Of a stretch of DNA of 64,000 nt, positions 27,809-38,300 are shown in pieces. Position 1 is the first letter of the stretch. The number at the start of each line of letters is the position of its first letter. Under the pieces are notes generated by a model. It was not told the origin of the DNA. It worked only from the letters and a program-made list of their open reading frames with translations, and ran no database searches. The translations under genes were made by a program, and so were the position numbers. Origin of the DNA: an uncultured Pseudomonadota bacterium (lineage in GTDB: Bacteria > Oederibacteriota > Muellerivitia > Muellerivitales > Muellerivitaceae); assembly GCA_963836235.1 (NCBI GenBank), contig CAWIIP010000004.1, positions 192,001-256,000 of the forward strand. The letters run 5' to 3'.

Positions 27809-30436
27809 GTGCCTAAATATTTACGGCTCTACAACCAATTTGTTAATTTCGTAAAAATGGTGGAGAAAGAATTAACTACCGATTACGAACGTAAACTCAT
27901 CAATCTAATTTTGGAGGATTTTGACGCGATAAAGGACAAGAAAGCCACCAAGGGTTTGCGGGGGAAACACCTTTACGAGTTGATTAAGAAAAAAGGAAAA
28001 AGTGTTTCGCCTACGATCACGGTTTCTTCGACTAACACTCAGTCAGGTGGGTTTTCTTTCGTCGGTCTTGATTCCATTGTGGTAGAACATTTTCGGGGGT
28101 TCTCCGAAAAAGAGACATTCAAATTCGACCGTCCATTCACGTTTGTCTTCGGCCCAAATGGAAGCGGTAAATCCAGCCTCTGTGAAGCGCTCGAATTCTC
28201 CATGCTTGGATACATCCAGGAAGCAATAGCCAAAGATATCGACGTCCAAGAGTACACGACCAACTGTTTCGATGAAAAGCAAAGTGATCCCGTCCTTAAG
28301 GCAAAGGATGCATCGGGGAATATCATCGACATTTCCCAGAACCAAGACTTGCAATTCTGTTTCATAGAAAAAAGCCGGATCGAAAGCTTTGCAAGGATTT
28401 CAGCAAACACCCCGAAAAAGATGGAGGAGCAACTCGCAACATTGTTTGGCCTGGATGAGTTCAACGAATTTGTCGGAGATTTTAACAAGAAGGTTGACGA
28501 TTATTTTGAAATGGATTCTCTTAAGGCAAGGGAATATGAGGCCAAAAGCGCCGGGATGCCGGGCATTAGGGAGAACCTGGAAGGGGAAAAAAAGAAGAAG
28601 GGGGAAGCAGAAGCCAAGATTGCTGAAATTGTAAAAAACTCCGGGATTCCCTCGGTGGGGGATTTCGAATTTGCGTTTGTAAGCCCGAAAACAGGAACTA
28701 AGACCAAACTGGAAGAAATGAGCGAAAAACTTTCAGCGCCGACGTCCCAATCTCTCGTTTTTCCAACGGTTATCAAAATAGTGGAGGATATCAAGGCGGC
28801 GAAAACCGCTTTGGTTCCGCTAACCGCAATTCGGAGCCAGTTGACCTCCCGCAAAAAAGAATTCCAATTCCGCGATCTTTTCGAAGCTGCGTCCGTAGTT
28901 GAAACTTTATGGACAGAATCCTGTCCCCTGTGCGAAACGCCAATGGATGAAGTCCACAAACATCCATACGACAACGCCCGTGCCAAACTGAAGGAACTGG
29001 AGACACTTGCCGCTTTTGAAAATCAGGAAGAAAAAGATTATGAGATATTTTTGGAAAAGATAGACGCCATGGATAAATCCACCGAATCTTTCAACGCTGT
29101 CCTGGTCTCCAATGGGAAAGATTCCTTTCAGTTCGACGCCATCCCTTGGCCCGGGAAGAACAGGGCGGACAGGGATCTTGCCATTGCACACCACGAAACG
29201 GTTGAAATATTTACAAACCAAAGAATGAAAGAATTGGTCGAGGCGGAGGCTTCATTAACAGCAATTAATTCCAAGATTCAAGACGAAATGAAAGCAAAAG
29301 CCGTTCTTCGGGCTGAATACGAACGGCTAAAAATTGAAAAAGACAGTTATATACAAGAAAAAGCTAATGTGAAAAATTGCGATGACCGAATCCAACAAGC
29401 GGAAAAAACGATTGCAACTTTTGAAGCCGAAACAGCCACTCTGAAAGCAGAGGTCCAGTCAGAAAAGGAACGTATTGACCAAAATAAACTATGGCTTTCG
29501 GCTTACGATAGCTTTAAGGAAAAGCTCGACGTCTATAAAGATCAACTACCCCTCAGGTACGTACAAAAACTCAGCGAGCTTACGTGTTCGATCTACAACC
29601 AATTAAATCAGCATGACCGGGAATATGAAAAGGCGTTATCAATTGATCTTCCTAAAACCACTGCCGATTCCATCAAGATAGAATTCGCCAAAAATCCCGG
29701 TTCTAAATTTGATGCCTTGCTTGTATTAAGCGAAGGGCATCTGCGGTGCTTAGGGCTCTCGATACTCATGGCGAAGAACATTGATGACAATTGCCCGGTG
29801 ATAATTTTTGACGATGTGGTTAATGCAATCGACGACGAACATAGGAGCGGAGTGGCCGACCTCCTCTTTGAATTTGATCGGTTGCGGGGTAAACAGATAA
29901 TACTAACGACCCACGCTGAACATTTCATATCCGACCTTCAATTGAAAGTGCCGGCCCAGAACAAGAAGGATTTGATTCATGTCTATAATTTTCAATCAGA
30001 TGAAAAAAGGCGGAAAATAAATATTGATTCCAAATCCCGGAATCATCTTGAACGCGCCGATGAACATTATTCCGACGGACGAATGGACGATACGCTTCAT
30101 AGCTGTAGGTTGGCACTTGATAACATTGCCGAGGCTTTATGGAAAAGACTATGGAAAAAGGGTTATGCCGCAACAATTAGGGTTCCTCTAAGAGAACTCC
30201 ATGCCAAGCCGGATACAAAAAATGCCATCGAAGCATTGAAATCCTTCATCAAGACTAAGAATGTTACTGAATTTATAGGGACTGATGAGCATTTTGAGTA
30301 TTTGTTACAGGAGGATGTCTGGAGCCAATTTAATATTGCTTCTCATGAAATGGGAGGTAAACCGACTTTCAACAACGCCATCATTAAGGAAATTGTGGGT
30401 AGGTGTTATAAGATCGATGCGATTGTAAAAAGCTAA
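27809..30436 (+). CDS. Rad50/SbcC-like ABC ATPase with zinc hook (RloC-like)
   Basis: FRGF, GPNGSGKS, CPLC hook in coiled coil, LSEG signature, IFDD, TTH; helical C-terminus with N..SH. Confidence 0.75.
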   Translation: MPKYLRLYNQFVNFVKMVEKELTTDYERKLINLILEDFDAIKDKKATKGLRGKHLYELIKKKGKSVSPTITVSSTNTQSGGFSFVGLDSIVVEHFRGFSEKETFKFDRPFTFVFGPNGSGKSSLCEALEFSMLGYIQEAIAKDIDVQEYTTNCFDEKQSDPVLKAKDASGNIIDISQNQDLQFCFIEKSRIESFARISANTPKKMEEQLATLFGLDEFNEFVGDFNKKVDDYFEMDSLKAREYEAKSAGMPGIRENLEGEKKKKGEAEAKIAEIVKNSGIPSVGDFEFAFVSPKTGTKTKLEEMSEKLSAPTSQSLVFPTVIKIVEDIKAAKTALVPLTAIRSQLTSRKKEFQFRDLFEAASVVETLWTESCPLCETPMDEVHKHPYDNARAKLKELETLAAFENQEEKDYEIFLEKIDAMDKSTESFNAVLVSNGKDSFQFDAIPWPGKNRADRDLAIAHHETVEIFTNQRMKELVEAEASLTAINSKIQDEMKAKAVLRAEYERLKIEKDSYIQEKANVKNCDDRIQQAEKTIATFEAETATLKAEVQSEKERIDQNKLWLSAYDSFKEKLDVYKDQLPLRYVQKLSELTCSIYNQLNQHDREYEKALSIDLPKTTADSIKIEFAKNPGSKFDALLVLSEGHLRCLGLSILMAKNIDDNCPVIIFDDVVNAIDDEHRSGVADLLFEFDRLRGKQIILTTHAEHFISDLQLKVPAQNKKDLIHVYNFQSDEKRRKINIDSKSRNHLERADEHYSDGRMDDTLHSCRLALDNIAEALWKRLWKKGYAATIRVPLRELHAKPDTKNAIEALKSFIKTKNVTEFIGTDEHFEYLLQEDVWSQFNIASHEMGGKPTFNNAIIKEIVGRCYKIDAIVKS

Positions 30437-30440
30437 TGAC

Positions 30441-30469
30441 TTGACAACGTGTCGCTAGTAAACGACAAT
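30441..30469 (+). promoter_or_regulatory. TA promoter with operator palindrome
   Basis: TTGACA-17-GACAAT with TGTCG/CGACA inverted repeat. Confidence 0.6.
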
Positions 30470-30475
30470 TGATTC

Positions 30476-30826
30476 ATGGAAGCTAGGCCCCGGACCGTTA
30501 TCAACTACGCAAAACTCGACGGGGTCGAACCGGTCGATGTTTGGTTCCGTAACTTGAAAGACTTGGTAGGGAAGAAGGCTGTTTCGGACAGGATTCGAAG
30601 GGTCCGGCTGGGCACTTTGGGCCACGTTGATAATATCGGGCAAGGTGTTTGGGGGTTGAAGATTGACGTGGGGCCGGGTTACAGGGTCTATTTCGGCCAG
30701 GACGGCCCTGTGTTAGTTATCCTTCTTTGTGGAGGGGAAAAGCACGGCCAGGACAAAGATGCGGCTACGGCCAGGGAACATTGGGCAGATTATAAGAGTC
30801 GAAAGCAGAAGGAGCATGGAAAATGA
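30476..30826 (+). CDS. RelE/ParE-family (HigB-like) addiction-module toxin
   Basis: RIRRVRLG.LG, IDVGPGYRVYF, LLCGG motifs. Confidence 0.9.
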   Translation: MEARPRTVINYAKLDGVEPVDVWFRNLKDLVGKKAVSDRIRRVRLGTLGHVDNIGQGVWGLKIDVGPGYRVYFGQDGPVLVILLCGGEKHGQDKDAATAREHWADYKSRKQKEHGK

Positions 30827-31179
30827 AAAATAAAAAAGCCAATTCCCCGATGGGCGGTGAATTTAAAGACACTGTTGTCCGTGAGCTACAAGAGGATTCC
30901 GCATTCCGCGAAGAATATCTTAAAGACCTTTTGATAGAACAAGACCTACCTATGTTAGCTCTCGGTTTACGTGACCTTGTGGAAGCTCTAGGAGGGATCG
31001 GGAAGCTGGCAAAGGAAACCGGCCTCAACCGGCAGAACCTTTACAGAGCCCTTTCCGGGAAAGTACGCCCGGATTTTCCGACCCTTTTAAAAATTATTAA
31101 CTTCTCTGGATTCGACCTTTCCATCCAGAAGAAGTCAAAAGGGAAGCCGTCGGGCCACACCTTGGCTTTGGCGAATTAA
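30823..31179 (+). CDS. HigA-like addiction-module antidote (HTH)
   Basis: GGIGKLAKETGLNRQNLYRALSG..P.F.TL. Confidence 0.9.
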   Translation: MKNKKANSPMGGEFKDTVVRELQEDSAFREEYLKDLLIEQDLPMLALGLRDLVEALGGIGKLAKETGLNRQNLYRALSGKVRPDFPTLLKIINFSGFDLSIQKKSKGKPSGHTLALAN

Positions 31180-31184
31180 CTTCA

Positions 31185-32237
31185 ATGGAAGAAACGTGTT
31201 TATTTTGTGGCCAAAAAGTTTTAGTGGAAACTATCCATAACGGGCCATCTAAAAATAATCCAATTTGCCACAAGTTTAATTGTCAAACTTGTGGCCTCCA
31301 CATCCTGTCCAACGCAGTGCACGCCAAAAAGAAATCCGGTCAATTATTGGGTACTCCTCAAGAATTGGTGAATTGCGGTTCTAAATCTTTGGAGGTGAAA
31401 AAGGAATATCCAAAAAAGATTTCGTATTGGGTATTAGACGAAAATTCTCCCCAAGTAGAAGAGTTGAAAAATCATCCTGAAGTAGTTGTGTGTGTTTTTG
31501 AAGAAATAAAGCATTCAACTGTAGAACATGCAAATAAACCTTATGTTTTATTGGAACAGATTTCCAAAAGGGCTTCAAAAGATGGGGCTTATAAATATTC
31601 CCCCGTACTTAAGGAGGATGTTTGTTTTTCAAAAATTCCTGATTTGGAAGAATTGAAAACGTTAATAACCTTTTTGGTTGAAAAGGGATTGGTTCAACAA
31701 AAAGGAACTTTTAGTGATGAAGATTTGGCTAGAAAAGATATTTCTCCTCATAATGTCCGTTTAACTGTTGAGGGGTGGGATTTCATTTGGCGGAAGAACT
31801 CATTTCCAAATACAAATAAAGTATTTATTGGAATTCAGTTCAATTGGGAAGATGAATCGTTGCGTGAAGAAGTTCTTAAATCTATTAAAAACGCCTGCAA
31901 AAAAAACAACTATGATGCAGATATTGTTACTCAGGATCACACAGGGAATGTAACGGATCAAATAATATCAGAGATTAAAAAATCAAGATTCATGGTTGCT
32001 GAATTAACTTATAACAACAAAGGTGTCTATTTTGAATCCGGTTTTGCCCGAGGTTTAGGTATGCCAGTTTTTCATTTAATTCGCGATACACATATAGACG
32101 GGAATGATAATGAAGGGAAAAAGATTCATTTTGATATTCAACAAGTAATGTATCGTAAATGGAATGACCCACAGGAATTAGAAACGGAACTGGATTCTTG
32201 GATCTTCGGTACTATTGGCCCTTTTGAAAAATCCTAA
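31185..32237 (+). CDS. Zn-finger/wHTH protein with nucleoside 2-deoxyribosyltransferase/TIR-like C-terminal domain
   Basis: CLFC..CQTC; LTVEGW; KVFIG, I..SRFMVAELT..N.GVYFESGFA.G. Confidence 0.7.
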   Translation: MEETCLFCGQKVLVETIHNGPSKNNPICHKFNCQTCGLHILSNAVHAKKKSGQLLGTPQELVNCGSKSLEVKKEYPKKISYWVLDENSPQVEELKNHPEVVVCVFEEIKHSTVEHANKPYVLLEQISKRASKDGAYKYSPVLKEDVCFSKIPDLEELKTLITFLVEKGLVQQKGTFSDEDLARKDISPHNVRLTVEGWDFIWRKNSFPNTNKVFIGIQFNWEDESLREEVLKSIKNACKKNNYDADIVTQDHTGNVTDQIISEIKKSRFMVAELTYNNKGVYFESGFARGLGMPVFHLIRDTHIDGNDNEGKKIHFDIQQVMYRKWNDPQELETELDSWIFGTIGPFEKS

Positions 32238-32673
32238 AAGAAAAACGAAAGGGGCTCAATAAAGCTTATTCCCTGGATTTCGCCTCGAAAGAATGATCCC
32301 TAATCCTTTTCTTGATTGATTTGGTTAGTTGGATTTCCCAATACCGAAACCAAGTTTTTTGACCTTTTTTGGATTTATGGTGGGGAAAGGTAGGGGCTAT
32401 CAGGTATCCAGCAAGGTCAATGGCTAAGTCTTCAACCGGTTTTTCCACTTTGAAACCTCAGTCGTTTTCTGGCCCAAATAAACAATACCGCATGGAACTA
32501 GGAACTCGGTCTTTACCTTCGTAAACAATATGTCCTATCCGCCAGCGTGTCACCCGAAGGCATTTCAAAAGGGCAAAATCGGAATTAAGGGCAAAGGTTG
32601 GGTAAATAGCCCCAAGTCGGCCATTCCTAAAGAAATATAGAAAATCAGACTCCAAAGTGTCCTCTTTTATAAC

Positions 32674-32689
32674 AATATCTATAGATATT
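32674..32689. promoter_or_regulatory. Perfect palindrome upstream of XRE gene, candidate operator
   Basis: AATATCTATAGATATT flanked by TTATAA on both sides. Confidence 0.5.
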
Positions 32690-32725
32690 TCTTATAATAA
32701 CCTCCTCCCACATATCTTGTAAAGC

Positions 32726-32950
32726 ATGAAAAAGTCCAAATACGTTGAAGTCCTAAAGTTTGGAGATAATGTCAGGCGTTTACGGATAAAAAAAGGTTTT
32801 ACCCAGGAAGATTTGGCCGAATTAACGGGATTACAAGCCGCTTATATCGGTTTTGTTGAAAGGGGAATAAGGTCTCCATCAACTCGGACCACCGCCAAGC
32901 TTTACAAGGCTTTGGGTTGCAAGCCCAACGACTTGTTCAAGGGAGTTTAG
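32726..32950 (+). CDS. XRE/Cro HTH regulator (C-protein-like)
   Basis: FGDNVRRLR..TQEDLAE..YIGFVERG. Confidence 0.9.
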   Translation: MKKSKYVEVLKFGDNVRRLRIKKGFTQEDLAELTGLQAAYIGFVERGIRSPSTRTTAKLYKALGCKPNDLFKGV

Positions 32951-33088
32951 TTGTCCGCGAACGGTCAGTCCTGTCAAAAAGGAGGCTGATTTTAAAAAAC
33001 AACTCTTTTAAATTTCTGCTCTTGCCCAGAAGGTTTGAAAGTTTTATTATTTTATTAAGGAAGGTTTAACCTGTGTAGGCGGCAGATA

Positions 33089-33559
33089 ATGAAACTTTTA
33101 GGCGATCTTTTTTCCAACATATTTCTTATTGGCCTTGTAGTTTTCCTTGGCGTCTTTTGCTTGATGATGGTCTTGGGCGGTATTGCTTTTATCGGCAGGA
33201 TTTTGTTTTACGTTTTTTATCCCCTCTATTTCCTAACATTAAAACCGGCCATTTGGGCATTTAGTTCAATTTTTCAAAGTCGTTGCCCTCAATGCAAAGG
33301 GTTCTTCAAAAGAAAGTTAATCGATTTTGAAGTCGCCAGCGAAGAGGAAATTAGAAAGACAGTAAACCGCATTGATCGGGGAACCATCTATTCCAACAGG
33401 CTTTTTGTTCCAAACATGGGTTATGAAGCCAACCGTAAGGAACAGGTAACCGTAATTCAAAAGACGATTCAAAACCATTGGGAATGTAAAAATCCTACTT
33501 GCGGTCATAAGTGGCTTTCCGAAGAATTCATGGAATACGAAGGTTCCTTGGAAAATTAA
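33089..33559 (+). CDS. Membrane-anchored zinc-ribbon protein
   Basis: N-terminal TMs; CPQC ... CKNPTCGHKW. Confidence 0.6.
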   Translation: MKLLGDLFSNIFLIGLVVFLGVFCLMMVLGGIAFIGRILFYVFYPLYFLTLKPAIWAFSSIFQSRCPQCKGFFKRKLIDFEVASEEEIRKTVNRIDRGTIYSNRLFVPNMGYEANRKEQVTVIQKTIQNHWECKNPTCGHKWLSEEFMEYEGSLEN

Positions 33560-33687
33560 TAGTTAGTCCCTCGTCCTCTACAATCCCGGTCTAATTAAGT
33601 TAAATACCCAAAATGTCTTTTGGTTGATTGCGCCGAAAAGGTTAGAATCGTTTGGCGTTTGAAACCTAGAGGGTTGGGGGTTCTTGA

Positions 33688-35307
33688 ATGGGTTCAATAT
33701 ATTTAAACGGGTTGAATGTCGAGCAAAGGAAAGCTTTGGTCGAAAAGTTATTTAAAACACAAAATGGTAAGTGTTTTATTTGTGAAAAGGAAATTGACCT
33801 AACTCTTCATTCTGATTCGGTTGACATAGACCATGTAGAACCACAAAAAGTTGGGGGAAAAGATGATCCGAGTAATTTTGCTTTAACCCATGATTCCTGT
33901 AACAGATCGAAGCAAGCAAGTGATCTGCGAGTTGCAAGAGTTCTTTCTCGTTTCGAAAAGATTAAAGAAGAAGTAGAAGCGGCAGTAAATCGTGGCCCGA
34001 ATTTAAGTGATGTTCTGCAAAGGTACCAAGGGGCAAGGTACGACCTCCCAATGAAAATTGAAGACGGTTACATTTCTTTTTCTTTTCCAGATTTAAAGAT
34101 TAATCAAATTGTTAAAGTTCCCTTATATAAGGATGAATTAAGCGGCCTTCAATATTTTTTTGCAAAATTACCAATTGAATATTTGTTCCATGATGATCGT
34201 GTTAATCCGAGATCAGTAGGAGGAAGTCTTCATGGATTGGTGGAGGAGTTTCATAGGAAACGACCCCAACTTCAAATTGGATTGGCTTGGTCCGAATTAA
34301 AGGGAAGCGACGTTCGAGGAAAAATTCAAGTTTTCGATGGACAGCATAAAGCAACCGCCCAAGTGTTGCTTGGGACCAGGGAAATTCCATTACGAGTTTT
34401 TTTAAACCCCAATTTAGATATTTTATTAACGACAAATACGAATGCAGGTACTACGTTACGCCAAGTGGCTTTTGACAAATCAGTCCAAAGACACTTGGGG
34501 AGCGCATTGTTTGCGGATCGAATTCAAAGGTATCGAAAAGACCGTGGTTTGAAAGATGACGATGAGAATTTTTCTGAAAAAGATCTTGTCAATCACTTCA
34601 GGGGTGAATGGCGAGAAATGAGAAAATACATTCTTGATGCGGTAAGAGATTACATTACTCATAACGTAGAAAATAAATTAAAAGATTATGTGGATTTCGC
34701 CGGCAAAGGTAAGGAGAAGCCTTTGTCATATAGCACAATGGAAAAAACATTTTATTCTTTTTTTATTTTACAAGAAGCTTTGGAAACTCCTTTAAATTAT
34801 CGTTTAGATGAGAATGAAAACCCTCGGGAGTTAGAGAAACAACAAATATTGCAATTGATGAATTTAATTGCTGAAAAAATTTATATCGGTCGTTTTGACC
34901 CTGCATTAGGTACAGCTAGAATAGAAAACAAAATTCAAAAAGGCGAGGATGTTCCCGAACCACATTTGATAGCTTATCGGTTGAGTCGTGAAGAAATAAT
35001 TTATACTTGGTTAAAGATTGTGAGAAACATTGCGCATAATTATTTCATCATGACCGGAAAATCAATCCATGAAGAAAAACTCTTTCAATACAAGTTTCCT
35101 GAACCTTTATGGGACAATATTGAGAATTTCCTTGTGAATTTAACCAAGATGCCATTATGGATTAACCGGGATCTTTCTTTATCAGTGTTTGGCGGTAAAC
35201 AAAATAATGAATATTGGCAAACGATTTTCGAGACTGGAAAGACACCATCCGGACAAGCGGTTTTACCGGCGGGTGTAAATTTCATTAAAATGATTCAACA
35301 AAGTTAA
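33688..35307 (+). CDS. HNH endonuclease fused to ParB/DGQHR-like domain
   Basis: CFIC..IDHVEP..GG..N..H..CN.SK; NPR and FDGQHK. Confidence 0.75.
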   Translation: MGSIYLNGLNVEQRKALVEKLFKTQNGKCFICEKEIDLTLHSDSVDIDHVEPQKVGGKDDPSNFALTHDSCNRSKQASDLRVARVLSRFEKIKEEVEAAVNRGPNLSDVLQRYQGARYDLPMKIEDGYISFSFPDLKINQIVKVPLYKDELSGLQYFFAKLPIEYLFHDDRVNPRSVGGSLHGLVEEFHRKRPQLQIGLAWSELKGSDVRGKIQVFDGQHKATAQVLLGTREIPLRVFLNPNLDILLTTNTNAGTTLRQVAFDKSVQRHLGSALFADRIQRYRKDRGLKDDDENFSEKDLVNHFRGEWREMRKYILDAVRDYITHNVENKLKDYVDFAGKGKEKPLSYSTMEKTFYSFFILQEALETPLNYRLDENENPRELEKQQILQLMNLIAEKIYIGRFDPALGTARIENKIQKGEDVPEPHLIAYRLSREEIIYTWLKIVRNIAHNYFIMTGKSIHEEKLFQYKFPEPLWDNIENFLVNLTKMPLWINRDLSLSVFGGKQNNEYWQTIFETGKTPSGQAVLPAGVNFIKMIQQS

Positions 35308-35366
35308 TCGAGATTTAAAACTTAAATTTCCAATTTAGATAAATTAGGAAAAATGGGAGTGTTTTT

Positions 35367-38300
35367 TTGTCTATAAAGAGGTTGGACAAAGCCTTAACAA
35401 ATATTTTTAAATCCTATTTACGGGATGTTAAAAGTCTCTTAAATGAGTCTGCGAAAACCCACCGTTTTGTTGCTTTGGTATCCGAACTCTTTCCAGGAAA
35501 CCCCGTAATTAGTGATCTTGCATCGAGCATAGAAAAGAACACTTTGCGAATTGATGAAAATAAGAAGCTTGCAAAGGGACGTATCGATTCTTATTACGGA
35601 AACGCAGTTATTGAATTCGAAAATTCTTTAAAGGTCACAGGCGCTCATGCTGAGGAACAACTAAAAGGGTATGTTGCTGGTATTTGGATTAAAGAACATC
35701 CAAAGCCCGGAAAGGAATTTCGACCTTTAATTGCAGTGGCTTCTGATGGAATTGTTTGGCGAATTTATCGACCGGTATTTGTTTCCTTGGATAATGGAAT
35801 CCCGAATGTCAGACTTGATAAACTTCAGGATTTCATTCTTACAGAAGATAACCTGGATGAATTTTGGGTTTGGCTTACGAGTTTTTTATTTAGGCCACAG
35901 CAAATTGAACCTACCGCGGAACAATTTAGAAGAGATTTTGGAGCTTCAAGTCTGGCCTTCAACGAGGGGAAAGAGGCGTTAAGACAAGCATGGAAAGAAG
36001 CTCAAAAAAACAAAGAAATACTTTTAGCTTTTGAAACTTGGAAAAAGTACCTGACCTTCACTTATGGTCGGCTATCCTCCGAAGACGATTCTCAACTTAA
36101 CAATGAACTTGTTGAATTGTTTTTAAAACATACTTACTTAGCTTGTTTGGCAAGGCTACTAATTTGGGCTTCGCAGTCGAAAGGGAAAGTCGGAGAAGAT
36201 ATAAGAGGAATGATTCATCAGATCATTTCCGGGGTTTATTTTGTTTCAAGAGGATTAGCCAACTTAGTAGAGAATGATTTCTTTCAATGGACTCGTGGTG
36301 AACAAGCCGACATTATCCTGTATCCCATTTGGGAAAGGATACTTGTTCAATTACTAACTTATGATTTGCGGTCAATGAAGGAGGATGTATTTAAAAGTAT
36401 CTACCAAGAATTAGTTGACCCAAAAGACAGGCATGATTTAGGGGAATATTACACACCGGATTGGTTATGCGAACGATTAGTCGAGGAATTATTGCCTAAA
36501 AGGGGGTTCGTATCTGTTTTGGACCCAAGTTGTGGGTCTGGTTCATTTTTAAGAGCGTCAATTTCTCATCTCCTAAAAAATAACCCTGGATTATCCAAAG
36601 AAGAAAAGCTTAACCAAATTCTCCAAAATGTTGCCGGTATTGATATTCACCCTTTGGCTGTCACGATTGCGAGAGCAACATATGTTTTGGCACTTGGGGA
36701 CCTTATGGCGACAGTAAAAAGACCTATTAGGATTCCTGTTTATATGGCGGATTCACTTTTCTTACCAGCGGATGTTACTCAAACAAGCATTTTTGAAGAT
36801 GAAAGTATTGGGATAGAACTTAGTTTCGGCGGGGAAAAGGTAATTATCCCGGATGAATTAGTTAAAAATCCTGATCTGTTTGACAAAGCAATTTCCTCCT
36901 CCACAAAAGTAGCTGTCGATCACGCCATTTCCGGGAAAGAGAACTTAAATAGTTTGAAAAGCTTCTTAGAAAAAGAAGCTCCGGCAATTGGTAAATTTAA
37001 AAACAAAAAGAGTGTTTATACTTCTTTGTGGTCTTACGTTGAAAAACTTACCAGGTTAATAACTTTAAAGCAAAATTCAATTTGGGATTTCATCATAAGA
37101 AATGCTTATAGGCCTGCCATGATAAGAAACCATTTTGATGTAATTTTAGGAAACCCCCCTTGGTTGTCGTATCGTTACATTGAGAACCCCGAATACCAAA
37201 AAGAAATTAAACGACTGGCAGTTGATGAATATAAAATCGCGCCGAAATCACAAAAACTTATTACCCAAATGGAATTGGGTACTGTTTTTTTGGCACATAG
37301 CTTAACGGCGTTTGGAAAAGAAAAGGCAAAGCTTGGTTTTGTTCTCCCGAGAAGTGTTTTAGGGGCTGACCAGCATTCAAATTTAAGATTAAGAAAATAT
37401 TTTGCCCCTATTCGTTTGACTGGGTATTGGGATTTAAAAGGTGTACACCCGTTATTTCGGACTTTATCTTGTGTCCTTTTTGCAGAACACAATGAAAAAA
37501 AGGGGAGTATTGGGGATAGTCTTGATGTCTTGGAATGGGAAGGTGCTCTCGAGGAAAAAGATGTTCGATGGGAAAAAGCCAAAAAATCCCTGAAAGTTGT
37601 AAAGGCTCTTGGACGAGTCAGATTTCACGGCAATAGCAATGCTTTCACTACAAAGGAAGGAAGTTTAGAAGAACAAAAGGTAAGTACGTATTCTGCCCGG
37701 TTTAAACAAGGGGCAACACTTGTTCCCAGAAATTTTTATTTTGTTAACGTTAAAGATTTAGGGAAAAAGGTCGAACCGAATAAACTTTATTGGGCAGAAA
37801 CAGATCCTGAGCAAGCAAAGCAATCAAAGCCAACTTATAAAGAAGTAAGAATGAGCGGTCATGTCGAAGGACGATTCATATTTTCTACGGCTTTGGCAAA
37901 ACACTTACTCCCGTTCGTTTTATTGGACACCCCAAAGGTCGTATTGCCTTCAGAATACAAAAATGGATATTTTAATGTTGTTACTTCAGAAGAATTGAGA
38001 CAAAACGGTTTTAGAGAAATGGCAGAATGGATGTCGAAAGCGGAGAAGATTTGGAACAAAAAGAGGGAAGACAAGGCTATAAACCAAACGGCTTATGAAA
38101 GAATTGATTATCAAAAAGGAATTTCTGCCCAAAGTTTAAATCAAAGATACCTTGTACTTTATAATGCGGCAGGGAAAAACATTTCTGCTGCTTACTTTGA
38201 TAGGAGCACCTCTCCATTGCCTTTTATTGTAGAGAGCAAACTTTATTGGATGGACTGCGCTTCAGTTGAAGAATGTGATTATGTCAGCGCCATCTTAAAT

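Noticed and set aside
32266-32655. Two short minus-strand ORFs
   Set aside because: Weak starts and no recognisable motif; possibly a decayed gene
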